From a virus: DNA of 38,933 nucleotides. Where the stretch lies: the IMG/VR virus record IMGVR_UViG_3300021399_000041, positions 1-38,933 of that record; one strand, 5' to 3'. This document shows positions 38,930 to 38,933 of the stretch, one piece after another. The notes under the pieces were generated by a model. The model did no database searches. It saw nothing but the letters and a program-made list of their open reading frames with translations, and was not told the DNA's origin. Position 1 is the stretch's first letter. The number at the start of each line of letters is the position of its first letter. A program made the position numbers and the translations under genes.

Positions 38930-38933
38930 GGCT
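38827..38933. repeat. Terminal direct repeat identical to 1-107
   Basis: Exact 107-bp identity with the start of the window. Confidence 0.95.

Larger units (their letters stand above)
1..38933. mobile_element. Complete temperate tailed-phage (prophage-type) genome, circularly closed; HK97-type head, siphovirus-like tail, tyrosine integrase, DGR
   Basis: Full complement of packaging, head, tail, lysis, lysogeny and replication genes. The window ends are identical over 107 bp, and an ORF reads through the junction in frame. Confidence 0.9.

Noticed and set aside
1-38933. Search for tRNA, rRNA and CRISPR arrays and for a second VR
   Set aside because: No cloverleaf-like or rRNA-like segments and no regularly spaced direct repeats with unique spacers were seen. 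The conserved TR core agcaaacacgccacaa was seen only at 37311 and 37571.

Overview
The window is one complete, circularly closed genome of a temperate tailed phage or excised prophage. Bases 1-107 are identical to 38827-38933, which leaves 38,826 bp of unique sequence. Nearly all genes are on the minus strand.

Gene order in transcription order:
- An early/replication module runs from 29280 down to 22020. It includes SSB, a VRR-NUC nuclease, a DnaD-like replication protein and several HTH proteins.
- A strong terminator (21894-21917) and a promoter (21846-21876) follow.
- A late module runs from 21822 down to 211. It holds HNH, TerS, TerL, portal, prohead protease, HK97-type capsid, connectors, major tail, chaperone, tape measure and large fibres.
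- Across the circular junction come a diversity-generating retroelement (DGR, 38929 down to 35777), two small structural ORFs and a lysis cassette (holin, amidase, candidate unimolecular spanin).
- A three-gene accessory cassette with its own promoter lies at 32579-31530.
- The plus strand carries only an XRE-type repressor, a small membrane protein and a tyrosine integrase (29457-31516), flanked by a switch region and attP-like repeats.

Host inference: TAnnTTTG-type -7 boxes, absence of Shine-Dalgarno sequences and the integrase/repressor types suggest a Bacteroidota host.

Main finding: the DGR. A 105-bp TR/VR pair differs only at TR adenines. VR forms the C-terminal lectin-like tip of a fibre protein. 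The reverse transcriptase has non-canonical motifs (SSNVLGH where DGR RTs normally have (I/L)GxxxSQ, and FCDD instead of YxDD). No Avd gene is apparent.

Two further sequence-level signals are not explained by gene content:
- A bipartite repeat, CATCGAGGGGGCAAAA-N16-GTAATATAAA, occurs six times just upstream of late genes.
- A 9-mer, AGCCTCAAC, occurs at least 15 times, always on the plus strand.

No tRNA, rRNA or CRISPR array was seen.
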